A stretch of 32,000 bases of DNA from Desulfobulbus propionicus DSM 2032 (GCF_000186885.1 NC_014972.1:1320001-1352000), one strand, 5' to 3'; counted from the first letter of the stretch, positions 1-8,872 are shown. The notes: generated by a model from the letters alone, not told the origin. A program made the numbers and translations.

Positions 1-344
1 GATGAGATGTTCCCAATACCGGCGTTGCCAGATGCCGCGTTCTTCTTTGCTCGTCCGGCTGGCGTTCCGGCGTTCCCCTTGGGGGATATACCGCGAGAAT
101 CCTGCTTTGATGAGCATCCACCGTCCGGGGTAGTCCGTGTCCCCTGGTGGTAGCGTCCACATCGCATGCAGATGTTCGGGTAACACCACCATGGCGTCGA
201 TGGTGAAGGGATGTCGTTCTTTTACCACGCCGACAACCTGACGAAGGACGTCAATGTATTCCACCAACAGGGACCGGTGTCGTTCCGCAAGATTCACGGT
301 GAAAAAAAGGTGCCGCCATCAACCCGCGCGCGCCGGTATCGCAT
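1..344 (-). pseudogene. REP-associated tyrosine transposase (RAYT / Y1_Tnp, HUH family), truncated by the window edge and interrupted by a -1 frameshift in a T7 run
   Basis: Minus strand: GGAGG then ATG at 344-342, MRYRRARVDGGTFF, then after a frame change at 302-308, FTVNLAERHRSLLVEYIDVLRQVVGVVKERHPFTIDAMVVLPEHLHAMWTLPPGDTDYPGRWMLIKAGFSRYIPQGERRNA...GIWQRRYWEHLI. HLH (HUH-type) motif and PPGD..Y..RW..IK..FSR are typical of RAYTs. Confidence 0.88.
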
Positions 345-371
345 TGCATTCCTCCGGTTTTACGACACAAT

Positions 372-396
372 GTTGGGGTTCGTGCCTCACCCCAAC
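372..396. repeat. REP-like palindrome at the RAYT 5' side
   Basis: GTTGGGGT (372-379) / ACCCCAAC (389-396), perfect 8-bp inverted repeat with a 9-nt loop, 28 nt upstream of the RAYT start codon. Confidence 0.65.
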
Positions 397-399
397 CTA

Positions 400-550
400 C
401 CTTGCTACCTTGCTCAACCAGGTATTTCTCACAAAAATCCAGATAGAAACGGAGCCACTTTTTGTAATGGATGTGATACGTGTCGGCAATGTTGTGGGCG
501 AAAAGACACTCCTCGAAACGAGTCAGTAATGTAGCGGGAATTGAAATCAT
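400..550 (-). pseudogene. N-terminal fragment of an integron-integrase-type tyrosine recombinase, truncated by the RAYT element
   Basis: Minus strand from ATG at 550: MISIPATLLTRFEECLFAHNIADTYHIHYKKWLRFYLDFCEKYL, resembling the N-terminus (IP..L..RF...L......Y..KWLR.YLDFC.KY) of deltaproteobacterial integron integrases. Similarity stops where the REP/RAYT element begins. Oriented divergently from the cassette. Confidence 0.65.
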
Positions 551-734
551 AGGGAATCTCGAAGACGGGTTATCCTTCCAAATGGAAGGATATACAGAAA
601 AGCGGGTATTCAAAAACCATCGATTTGTCAATGACAATCTTTATAAATACTAGTAAGTAAGCCATGATATCGGCCTTAAACGCAAGGGCAGAGGAATGCC
701 GGCACGAAAAACTCATCCCGGCCCGCTCTGCAAA

Positions 735-773
735 TCTAGATGTTATACAGATCAGCAGAATAACTTGTTAGGC
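735..773 (+). other. putative attI / cassette insertion site with crossover G767^T768
   Basis: ATAACTTG^TTAGGC: GTTAGGC fits GTTRRRY, and the upstream sequence does not resemble the 3' half of the attC of this cassette, so it is more likely attI-like. It lies between the integrase fragment and the cassette, as in a canonical integron. Confidence 0.5.
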
Positions 774-1655
774 CCATCACCGGGCAAAATCGCAAACTGT
801 AAGTAAGGGGGAACTTCATGGCGATGACAAAGTGTAAGGAGTGCGGAACCGAGATCAGTACCACTGCTGACGCATGCCCCAAATGTGGCGCAAAACAAGT
901 GCGAACCTCTGGCTGTGCCAAGGTTGTTCTTGGCGTTCTCGGATTCTTCGTTTTTGTCGCAATTGTCGGACAATGCAGCCGTTCTGATACGAGCTCGCCT
1001 TCAACGTCAGCAACCTCTGCAAGCTCATCGTCAGCTACTGCAAAGCCGGCAGCGGCGCCAACCCCGCCTCCTCCTCCCGCCCCAGGGTCACAATGGCGCT
1101 ACGGCCAAGACGAAGACCCGATGGGCAAAGGCACAACTCTGCTGGCTCAGGTAACAAGCACAAATGTAGTGCTGTTTGATTCGCCGTATGGCGGGCCTCA
1201 GCATGGAACACTTACTTTGCGCACCCATCCTCGTCACGGAAAAGACATCATTCTCGGCATTGAGCGCGGGCAGTTTCTTTGCCGCTCTTACGAGGATTGC
1301 AATGTTCTCGTGCGCTTCGACGATCAGAAAGCGGTGACTTACGCTGGTGTAGGCCCTGCAGACAATAGTACTGAGTCAGTTTTCATCCGTAACTACTCGC
1401 GCTTTGTCTCAAACATGCTCAAGGCCAAGCGGGTACGTATCTCAGCTGAGGTGTACCAAGAGGGGGCGCCCGTATTCGAGTTTGACGTTAGCGATTTCAG
1501 TGAGGCCAAGTACAAGGGCAAGCAGTGATTCTTGCATCACCGCGGGTGGGCCTAACAATTCGTTCAAGCCGAACTTGCTTCGTTACGGCAAAAGCGTGGC
1601 AGAAACAGCTTGCCACGCTTTTGCCTCCACTACGCAAGTCGGCTTAACTCAGGCG
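768..1655 (+). mobile_element. integron gene cassette
   Basis: Begins TTAGGC (768-773), the exact complement of the first six bases of its own attC R'' box GCCTAAC (1550-1556). It ends at G1655 within the 3' core site. One ORF fills most of the cassette. Confidence 0.88.
818..1528 (+). CDS. cassette-encoded zinc-ribbon membrane protein of unknown function
   Basis: 236 aa. MAMTKCKECGTEISTTADACPKCGAKQ has paired CxxC motifs, followed by a hydrophobic segment VVLGVLGFFVFVAIVG, a Ser/Ala/Pro linker and a C-terminal globular domain. GGGGG purine run upstream of the ATG. Confidence 0.85.
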   Translation: MAMTKCKECGTEISTTADACPKCGAKQVRTSGCAKVVLGVLGFFVFVAIVGQCSRSDTSSPSTSATSASSSSATAKPAAAPTPPPPPAPGSQWRYGQDEDPMGKGTTLLAQVTSTNVVLFDSPYGGPQHGTLTLRTHPRHGKDIILGIERGQFLCRSYEDCNVLVRFDDQKAVTYAGVGPADNSTESVFIRNYSRFVSNMLKAKRVRISAEVYQEGAPVFEFDVSDFSEAKYKGKQ

Positions 1656-1661
1656 TTATCC
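1550..1661 (+). other. integron attC site (59-base-element type)
   Basis: GCCTAAC (R'') AATTCGTTCAAGCCGAACTTGC (L'') ... GCAAGTCGGCTTAACTCAGGC (L') GTTATCC (R'). AAGCCG-A-ACTTGC pairs with GCAAGTCGGCTT leaving one extrahelical A. Inner perfect 15-bp hairpin GGCAAAAGCGTGGCA (1587-1601) / TGCCACGCTTTTGCC (1611-1625). Confidence 0.93.
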
Positions 1662-1663
1662 CG

Positions 1664-1764
1664 TTTCTGGTTATCACTCAGTGTTTCCAGCTTGAAGGTT
1701 CACGATTTACTTTTTTAGGTTTTCGCTCCCTGGTTCTCATGCGGTTTTGGAGGATAACCAGAAA
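1664..1764. repeat. 12-bp perfect inverted repeat with 77-nt spacer
   Basis: TTTCTGGTTATC (1664-1675) and GATAACCAGAAA (1753-1764). Confidence 0.75.
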
Positions 1765-1851
1765 CCGTTTATCCCCTTTGCGTCATGCAAATGGGCTTGC
1801 GTGCATTCAGTATCGGGAATGAATGACCAGCCCCTCCTTATCGAGCAATTC

Positions 1852-2394
1852 CTAGATTCCACTGGGAAGCTTGTCCCGCATCATCTGCTTTCTCTCGATA
1901 GTTTGGCCATCGACTCTAAAGGTGCCGTCGCCCACGGCATGGAGCATTCTCTTCTCCGCGCGAGCATTGTCAACGTAGGCCGCGATTCCTCGCAGCACGA
2001 CGATGTTGTAGGGCGTCAGGATATCGACCACTCGGCATTCGATATTTGCGAGGCACTCCTGGATGAGTGGTGCCCGAACATGCTGGGCTGGCAGACGGGT
2101 GAGGTTGAACTTCGTGAACTTATCCGTGTCAGCTCCCGAGCATGTGCCCACGCCGACAACGGTGTCAATCAGGTCCACGGTTGGGATGGCAAGGACACAC
2201 TCCTTTGATTCCTGCAGGGCCGTGTAGGAAAAGTTCCATGGCCCGGTGGTCAGGGCAAACTCTGCGGCAAAATCAAGGACCATGGTCCACGAGATGGTCA
2301 TGACGTTGTCTTTGTTGCCGTCATTCGTTGTCACCAAGACCACCGGACCCGGCTCCACGAGCGTAAATGCCCGGCTTAGTTGCAGACTTTCCAT
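1852..2394 (-). CDS. flavin reductase-like domain protein
   Basis: 180 aa: SRAFTLVEPGPVVLVTTNDGNKDNVMTISWTMVLDFAAEFALTTGPWNFSYTALQESKECVLAIPT, typical of the FMN-binding flavin reductase/flavoredoxin family. Confidence 0.8.
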   Translation of the reverse strand: MESLQLSRAFTLVEPGPVVLVTTNDGNKDNVMTISWTMVLDFAAEFALTTGPWNFSYTALQESKECVLAIPTVDLIDTVVGVGTCSGADTDKFTKFNLTRLPAQHVRAPLIQECLANIECRVVDILTPYNIVVLRGIAAYVDNARAEKRMLHAVGDGTFRVDGQTIERKQMMRDKLPSGI

Positions 2395-2545
2395 GTTCTC
2401 TCCGTTCGGGTATCGACGTGATCGGGATCATCCGACTCCTGTCTTTTTGTCCGTCAGGAAAACATTCCCGGACGCTTCCCCTATGTTCGAACCATACCGC
2501 TGTGTCGGTCGTCTGCAAACACGAAACGCAACGACAAGCGGCACA

Positions 2546-4396
2546 TCAGCGCAGGTAGAACACCCAGGCGAGCAGGATCGTGGCCAGCAGGGCCAGGGCC
2601 AGCAGGGGCACGCCCACCTTGGCGTAGTCGGCAAATTGGTAGCCACCCGGTTCGCGGACGATCATGTTGACCGGCGAGCCCAGCGGCGAGACAAAGGCGG
2701 CCGAGCAGGCGATGGCCACGGTCATGGCGCAGGCCTGGGGCGAGACGTTCATGGCCAGACCGATATCGACCGCCATCGGCGCCACCAGCACCGCGGTCGG
2801 GGTATTGGAGAGAAACAGGCCGACCAGCGCGGTGAGCACGAACAGGATGGCCAGCACCAACAGCGGCGGACTGTTGCCGACCAGGGCGAGCAGGGTCTGC
2901 GAAACCAGGGCAATGGCGCCGGTCTTCTCCAGGGCCAGGGCCAGGGGCAGGATGCCGGCGATGAGGACGATGGTCTGCCAGTCGATCGCCTTGTAGCAGC
3001 TATCGGCCTGGACGCAGCGGGTGAGGATCAGGGCCGCGGTGGCGCCGAGGACGGCGGTGACCGTGGGCAGCAGGTCAAAGACCATCAGGCCGACCATGAC
3101 CGCGAGAATCCCCAGGGCGATGGGTGCCCGGTCGCGGGCCGCGATCACCTCGTGGTAGTCCTGGGGCAGGGTGAGCAGCAGGTATTGGTCGCGATGCCGG
3201 CGCAAGCGGAGGATGTCGTCCCACGCTCCGCCCATCAAGAGCACATCGCCGAATTTGAGCGGCTGGTCGGCGAAATGGGTGGTCAGGGTCGCGCCCTTGC
3301 GGCGGATGGCCAGCACCTGGCACTGGAACTGGGAGTAGAAACGGATTTCGCGGATCGACTTGCCGATCAGGGTGGAGTCCGGGGTGAGCATCACCTCGCC
3401 CACGCCGATCACCTGAAAAAAATTTCTGCGCAGGGCCGGATCGTCGGGCAGCTCCATGGTTTCGAGGAAAAAGGCGGCGGCAAATTCGGCGATCCGGGCC
3501 GGCGTGCCGATGACCACCAGCAGGTCGTCGGCGTGAAAAACGCTCTCCGGACGGGCGGGGACAATGGCCCGGCCGCTGTCGGTGATGGTGTGCAGGGCAA
3601 TGAGGTTGATGTGGTGGTGGGCGCCCAACTGCATCCGGGCCACGGAGCGGTCGATCAGGTCGGATTTGGCGGTGACCCGCAGCAGGGACACGCGCTGGTC
3701 GATGCCGTAGCGGTGGAGCAGGTCCTCGATGGAGCGTTCCTGTCTGCGTTTGACCGTGGTTCGCCGGGCGGCGAGCAGATGGCGGCCCCACAGCAGCATG
3801 AAGCCGATGGCCAGGGCGAGAATGACCAGGCCGAAAGGGGTGAAGCTGAAGAAGGACAGCGGCTCCTGGCCACGCTCGCGGAGCACGTTGTTGACCACGA
3901 TGTTGGGCGTGGTGGCCACCAGGGTCATCATGCCGCTGATCAGCGAGGCGGCCGCCAGGGGAATGAGCAGCCGCTTGTGGTTGATGTCCGCCTTTTCCGC
4001 CACCGCCATGGTGATGGGGATGAAGATGGCGGCGGTGGCGGTGGAACTCATGAACGAGCCCACCAGGCTGGAGGCGCCCATGAGCAGCATCAGCAGCCTG
4101 CTTTCGCTGGCGCCGCCGCGATCGAGTACCGCCTCGCCCAGCCGCTGGGCAATGCCGGTGTGGACGATGGCCTCGCTGACGATGAACATGCAGGCGATGA
4201 TGATCACCACCGGGTTGGAAAACCCGGAGAGCGATTCGCCGACATCGAGCACGCCGGAGAGCAGCAGAGTCAGCACCACCAGCAGGGCGACCAGGTCGCC
4301 GCGGATGCGGTTGGAGACGAGGAGAACGGCCGCGCCCGCCAGGGTGGCCACGGAGATGAGCAGGTCGGGATGGATCATGAATGGTTGCGTGATCAA
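2546..4396 (-). CDS. SLC13/DASS-type anion permease with internal TrkA-C (RCK_C) domains
   Basis: 616 aa, multiple TM segments at both ends; FSNPVVIIIACMFIVSEAIVHTGIA, GSFMSSTATAAIFIPI, FLSNTPTAVLVAPMAVDIG; central soluble region with DRSVARMQLGAHHHINLIAL and TLIGKSIREIRF. Confidence 0.87.
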   Translation of the reverse strand: MITQPFMIHPDLLISVATLAGAAVLLVSNRIRGDLVALLVVLTLLLSGVLDVGESLSGFSNPVVIIIACMFIVSEAIVHTGIAQRLGEAVLDRGGASESRLLMLLMGASSLVGSFMSSTATAAIFIPITMAVAEKADINHKRLLIPLAAASLISGMMTLVATTPNIVVNNVLRERGQEPLSFFSFTPFGLVILALAIGFMLLWGRHLLAARRTTVKRRQERSIEDLLHRYGIDQRVSLLRVTAKSDLIDRSVARMQLGAHHHINLIALHTITDSGRAIVPARPESVFHADDLLVVIGTPARIAEFAAAFFLETMELPDDPALRRNFFQVIGVGEVMLTPDSTLIGKSIREIRFYSQFQCQVLAIRRKGATLTTHFADQPLKFGDVLLMGGAWDDILRLRRHRDQYLLLTLPQDYHEVIAARDRAPIALGILAVMVGLMVFDLLPTVTAVLGATAALILTRCVQADSCYKAIDWQTIVLIAGILPLALALEKTGAIALVSQTLLALVGNSPPLLVLAILFVLTALVGLFLSNTPTAVLVAPMAVDIGLAMNVSPQACAMTVAIACSAAFVSPLGSPVNMIVREPGGYQFADYAKVGVPLLALALLATILLAWVFYLR

Positions 4397-4460
4397 AGGG
4401 GGAGGGGAAACGGTGGAGCCGGAGCCGTTGGCCGGCCGGCCGCACGGGAGGGAACCAGCG

Positions 4461-5060
4461 CTACAGCGTCAGTTCCTCCACCCGGCATGTCTGGGCCCCG
4501 GCGGCGCGTATCTCTGCGAGGGCCCGTTCGCTGTCGCCCGGCTGGAGATCGACCCCGGCCACGGCGTCAATGAGCACGGTGACCGCCAGGCCGCGCAGGC
4601 GGGCATCGAGGACCGTGGCGCGCACGCAGTAGTCGGTGGCCAGGCCGCCAATGTAGAGGTGGCCGACGCCAAGTTGGCGCACAAGATCGGCCAGCACGGT
4701 GCCGGCATCGTCCACGCCGTCGAAGGCCGAGTAGCCGTCCAGCTGTTCGTCAATGCCCTTGAAGAGAAGAATGGTGTCGGCGGGCAGGCGCAGGCCCGGA
4801 TGAAATTCGGCGCCCGGTGTGTTCTGGACGCAGTGCACCGGCCATAGGCCGCCAAAGGGCTGAAAATGACCGGTATGCGGCGGGTGCCAGTCGCGGGTGG
4901 CCACGACGGGCAGCCCGGCGGCAGCAAAGGCCGCCGCCGCCCGGTTGAGCGGTTCCACCACCCGGTCGCCATCGGGCACGGCCAATGCCCCGCCCGGACA
5001 GAAATCGTTCTGCACATCCACCACGATCAACGCGGCCTTGGGGGTGCTGTTGTGGTTCAT
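4461..5060 (-). CDS. pncA: nicotinamidase (isochorismatase family)
   Basis: From ATG at 5060: [31 protein letters not shown]...[12 protein letters not shown]...[14 protein letters not shown]...[15 protein letters not shown], with the nicotinamidase Asp/Lys/Cys residues. Confidence 0.93.
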   Translation of the reverse strand: MNHNSTPKAALIVVDVQNDFCPGGALAVPDGDRVVEPLNRAAAAFAAAGLPVVATRDWHPPHTGHFQPFGGLWPVHCVQNTPGAEFHPGLRLPADTILLFKGIDEQLDGYSAFDGVDDAGTVLADLVRQLGVGHLYIGGLATDYCVRATVLDARLRGLAVTVLIDAVAGVDLQPGDSERALAEIRAAGAQTCRVEELTL

Positions 5061-6487
5061 GCCTGCCTCCTGCCCGCATTCATCGCCTCGATCAGGCGAC
5101 AACGCAATGCTTTTAGTTGTGGTGAAATCGACACCTTGTAGCGGTGCGGATTGACGAAGCGGCGGCAGCCCTGGGGCAGCAACGCCAGATCGCGGCGGCA
5201 GCGCTCGGCCATGGTCTCGATCGGTTCCTCGGCCAGCAGCCGTTGTCCGCGCTCCATGACCACCTGGCGCAGATCGACCAGCCGGCACGGCGGCAGGGTG
5301 GTGTGGCGCAGGGGGTTGGTCGGGTCATAGACGGTGGTGCCGCCGGTCACCGCATCGTCTTCGAGGCAGACCAGATCCTGGAGATAGCTGCCTTCCGGGC
5401 CGACGGCGCGCAGCACCCGCTTGGCTCCGGGCAGGGTAGCCTTGGCCAGGTCGCTGGTGCGCTTCATCTTGGGCTGGCCGTCGATGGCCACCAGTTTGTA
5501 CACCCCGCCCAGGGCCACGCCGCCGGGGCCGGAGGCAGTGGCCAGTTTGGTGCCGACGCCGTAGATGTCCACCCGGCCGCCCTCGTTGCGGATCGATTCG
5601 ATCACCCATTCGTCGAGTTCGTTGGAGGCAAGGATGCGCACCTCCGGGAAGCCCGCCGCGTCGAGCATCCGCCGGGCCTCACGCGACAGGTAGGCCAGGT
5701 CGCCGGAATCAAGGCGGATGCCGCGCAGGTTGTGGCCCCGCGCGTGCAGCTCGCGAGCCACGGTGATGGCGTTGGGCAGGCCGCTTGTGAGGGTGTCGTA
5801 GGTATCGACCAGCAGGACGCTGCTGTCCGGGAAGGCGTCGGCATAGGCGCGGAAGGCGGTCAGTTCGTCGGGGAAGGACTGCACCCAGCTGTGGGCGTGG
5901 GTGCCGCGCACCGGCAAGCCAAAGTCCATGCCCGCGAGCACGTTGCTCGTCCCCTTGGCGCCGCCGATGCAGGCGGCCCGCGAGGCGGACAGGCCGCCGT
6001 CCGGTCCCTGGGCGCGGCGCAGACCGAATTCGATCACCTCGCCATCGCCCGCGGCCGAGCAAATACGCGCCGCCTTGGTGGCCACCAGGGTCTGGAAGTT
6101 GATGCTATTGAGCAGTACGGTCTCCACCAGCTGCACCTCGGTCAGGGTGCCGGACACGGTCAGCAGCGGCTCGTTGGCAAAGACCACGCTGCCCTCAAGT
6201 GGAGCCACCACCGTGCCACAGAAACGAAAGGTGCGTAGATACTCAAGAAATCTGGGCTTGAACAGGTGCAGGCTGGCCAGGTAGCCGATCTCCTCTTCGG
6301 TGAAGCGCAACTGCTCCAGGCAATCCAGGGCCGGAGCGAGGCCGGCGAAGATCGCATAGCCGCCCTCGAAGGGATTGGTGCGGAAATAGAGATCGAACAC
6401 CGCCTGCTTGTCGGCCATCCCTTCTTCCAGGTAGCCGGCGAGCATGGTCAGTTCGTACAGATCGGTGAGCAGGGGAGAGATGCGCAT
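5057..6487 (-). CDS. pncB: nicotinate phosphoribosyltransferase
   Basis: 476 aa: [99 protein letters not shown]. Confidence 0.95.
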   Translation of the reverse strand: MRISPLLTDLYELTMLAGYLEEGMADKQAVFDLYFRTNPFEGGYAIFAGLAPALDCLEQLRFTEEEIGYLASLHLFKPRFLEYLRTFRFCGTVVAPLEGSVVFANEPLLTVSGTLTEVQLVETVLLNSINFQTLVATKAARICSAAGDGEVIEFGLRRAQGPDGGLSASRAACIGGAKGTSNVLAGMDFGLPVRGTHAHSWVQSFPDELTAFRAYADAFPDSSVLLVDTYDTLTSGLPNAITVARELHARGHNLRGIRLDSGDLAYLSREARRMLDAAGFPEVRILASNELDEWVIESIRNEGGRVDIYGVGTKLATASGPGGVALGGVYKLVAIDGQPKMKRTSDLAKATLPGAKRVLRAVGPEGSYLQDLVCLEDDAVTGGTTVYDPTNPLRHTTLPPCRLVDLRQVVMERGQRLLAEEPIETMAERCRRDLALLPQGCRRFVNPHRYKVSISPQLKALRCRLIEAMNAGRRQA

Positions 6488-6653
6488 GGGATGCTCCGGG
6501 TGAGGAGGGCGGTCGATGGTTCCCGGGTGGACAACCAGCTTTTTTGATAGTGCAAAATCCGGGCGGCCGCAAGCGATTTCCCCGGAAGGGGAGCCGCGCC
6601 GGGCGAGCCATGGGGCACGTTCCGGCGCGGTTGTTCCCGCGTCGCGGGCAGGG

Positions 6654-7289
6654 TCAGCGGATGAAATTCATGTAGATTTTGTTCTCGCGCTCGGGCGGGG
6701 GAATGGTGGCCTTGCCGTGCTCGACCAGTTTCATCAGCCAGGCCATGTTCTTGCCCAGGGTGCGCATGATCTGGGTGCCTTCCTCGTCCTTGACCGCCTC
6801 GCCGGGGCGGGTGCCATGGATCACGTTCCAGTAGTTGGCCGATGGCATCAGCATTTCCGAATAACAGATGAAATTATTCAGTTGGTTGAAGGTGGGTAAC
6901 CCGCCGGAGCGGCGTACCGCCACCACCGAGGCGCCGACCTTGTGGCGCAGCATGCCGTTGTTGACCCCGGTGACGTAAAACACCCGGTCGAGAAAGGATT
7001 TCATGGTGCCGCCGATGGCCGAGAAATGCACCGGCGAGCCAAGGAGGATGCCGTCGGCCGCCTTCATCTTCTGGATCCACTCGTTGACCGGATCCTCGGT
7101 CTGCACGCACTGCTCGTTGCGCTTCTTGAAACACTGGCCACAGGCCAGGCAGCCACGGATGGCCTTGTTGCCCACATGGATGATCTCGGTGGCGATACCT
7201 TCCTGGGCCAGCGCATCGGCGACCATCTGGATGGCGTGATAGGTGTTGCCGTTCTTGTTGGGACTGCCGTTAAAGGCCACGACGTTCAT
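6654..7289 (-). CDS. NADPH-dependent FMN reductase / flavodoxin-fold iron-sulfur flavoprotein family
   Basis: [27 protein letters not shown]...[60 protein letters not shown]. Confidence 0.9.
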   Translation of the reverse strand: MNVVAFNGSPNKNGNTYHAIQMVADALAQEGIATEIIHVGNKAIRGCLACGQCFKKRNEQCVQTEDPVNEWIQKMKAADGILLGSPVHFSAIGGTMKSFLDRVFYVTGVNNGMLRHKVGASVVAVRRSGGLPTFNQLNNFICYSEMLMPSANYWNVIHGTRPGEAVKDEEGTQIMRTLGKNMAWLMKLVEHGKATIPPPERENKIYMNFIR

Positions 7290-7460
7290 TGTCTTCTCCT
7301 TGGGTTGAATGGAATGGGTGTATCTACTTCCCTTTTACGACCGTTTCGCCTATAATGAAACTTATGCTTTTCAACGTCAATAACGAACTTTTTGGTAACG
7401 TAGTGCATTTTTCGAAACATAGTACCTTTTTTGTTCCTTTGGGCAGGGTGGAGCGGGGCA

Positions 7461-7808
7461 ATGGACGCTGAGCTCGACACGGAACGGTTGATCTACCGGG
7501 ACAAAGAGTATGCCTGCGGCATCGACGTCACCCTGGCGGTGGTCGGCGGCAAATGGAAGGCCTCGATCCTCTGGCACCTGGCGGGGGCGACCATGCGTTT
7601 TTCCGACCTGCAGCGCCAGTTCGCCGACACCACCCGCAAAATGCTCACCCAGCAGCTGCGCGAGTTGGAGGCCGACGGTCTGGTTCACCGCGAAGTGTAC
7701 CCGCAGGTACCGCCCAAGGTGGAGTATTCGCTCACCGACAAGGGGCGGAGTATCTTTCCCATCCTGCAACAGATGTGCGAGTGGGGCAAACAGTACCTGC
7801 GCGACTGA
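7461..7808 (+). CDS. HxlR-family transcriptional regulator
   Basis: [84 protein letters not shown]. Start set to ATG 7461 preceded by GGAG, rather than the upstream 7431 start. Confidence 0.93.
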   Translation: MDAELDTERLIYRDKEYACGIDVTLAVVGGKWKASILWHLAGATMRFSDLQRQFADTTRKMLTQQLRELEADGLVHREVYPQVPPKVEYSLTDKGRSIFPILQQMCEWGKQYLRD

Positions 7809-7852
7809 TCGCGACAAGGCCCGCCGCTTCCCGATCAACACGGAGACCCACC

Positions 7853-8872
7853 ATGGAACCCCACGAACAACGCCAGCCGGCCAGCCCGCGCGCTCCCTTT
7901 GCCCATCTGACCCCGGAACGCATCCTCCGCGAGGTCGAAACGGCCCTGGGGCGTGACTGCTCCAACCTGTGCCGCTCCTACAACAGCTACATCAACCGGG
8001 TGTTCGAGCTGGCCGATGCGGAGGGCAACGGCTTGGTGGCCAAATTCTACCGCCCGGGCCGCTGGTCGCGCCAGGCCTTGCAGGACGAGCACGACTTTCT
8101 CCTTGAGCTGGCGGCGGAGGAAATCCCGGTCATCGCGCCCCTGCCGCTAAGCGACGGTTCCACCCTCGGTTGCTGCGATCAGACCTTTTTTGCCGTTTTT
8201 CCGCGCAAGGGCGGGCGCTGCGTGGACGAGCTCCTCGACGAGCAATGGCTGGAGGTCGGCCGTCTGCTGGCGCGGGTGCACCAGGTGGGCGAGCGGCGGC
8301 GGCCGCGTGATCGGGTAACCCTGCATCCCGCCGAAACCACTGCGGCCCAGGTGGCGTTGCTGTGCGACAGCGGTCTGATCCCGGTGGATTTGCGTGAAGC
8401 CTACGCCCGGATCGCCACCCAGATCATCGAGCTCGTTCAGCCGCTTTTCGCCCGTGGCGAGGCGATCAGAATCCACGGCGACTGCCATCGGGGTAACCTG
8501 ATCCACCGGCCGGGTGAATCGTTTTTCCTGATCGATTTCGATGACATGGCGGTTGGTCCGCCGGTCCAGGATCTGTGGATGCTGCTGCCCGGCCCCCCGG
8601 AAGAGTGCCCGGTCGAGCTGGACCTGCTGCTGGAGGGCTACGAAACCTTCCGCAGCGTTGACCGTGCCAGCCTTCGCCTGATCGAACCCCTGCGGGCCAT
8701 GCGGTTTGTGCACTACTCGGCCTGGTGCGCCCGTCAGGTGCTCGACGATGGCGCCACCAGCGTGATCCCTGATTTCGGTTCGCGCGGGTATTGGCAGCGG
8801 GAAATCGCCGACCTCCACGATCAGTTGGCGCGAATCAGGGAAGGGCAACATCCGTCGGGCAATGCCCCCTGA
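7853..8872 (+). CDS. srkA: stress response serine/threonine kinase (SrkA/YihE/RdoA-like)
   Basis: From ATG 7853: FAHLTPERILREVETALG...RSYNSYINRVFELADAEGNGLVAKFYRPGRWS..., IHGDCHRGNLIHRPGESFFLIDFDDMAVGPPVQDLWMLLPG, ARIREGQHP. Confidence 0.88.
   Translation: MEPHEQRQPASPRAPFAHLTPERILREVETALGRDCSNLCRSYNSYINRVFELADAEGNGLVAKFYRPGRWSRQALQDEHDFLLELAAEEIPVIAPLPLSDGSTLGCCDQTFFAVFPRKGGRCVDELLDEQWLEVGRLLARVHQVGERRRPRDRVTLHPAETTAAQVALLCDSGLIPVDLREAYARIATQIIELVQPLFARGEAIRIHGDCHRGNLIHRPGESFFLIDFDDMAVGPPVQDLWMLLPGPPEECPVELDLLLEGYETFRSVDRASLRLIEPLRAMRFVHYSAWCARQVLDDGATSVIPDFGSRGYWQREIADLHDQLARIREGQHPSGNAP

Noticed and set aside
211-534. Two overlapping plus-strand ORFs, 107 aa and 91 aa
   Set aside because: They overlap the minus-strand RAYT and integrase fragment, have no motifs, and are explained as antisense reading.
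3075-4445. 456-aa minus-strand ORF (Pro/Arg/His-rich)
   Set aside because: Alternative frame within the transporter gene; no coherent domain signature.
2246-4573. 775-aa plus-strand ORF
   Set aside because: It lies antisense to a clear SLC13-type transporter. The translation is low-complexity Gln/Gly/Asp/His-rich with no family motif, a GC-rich shadow ORF.
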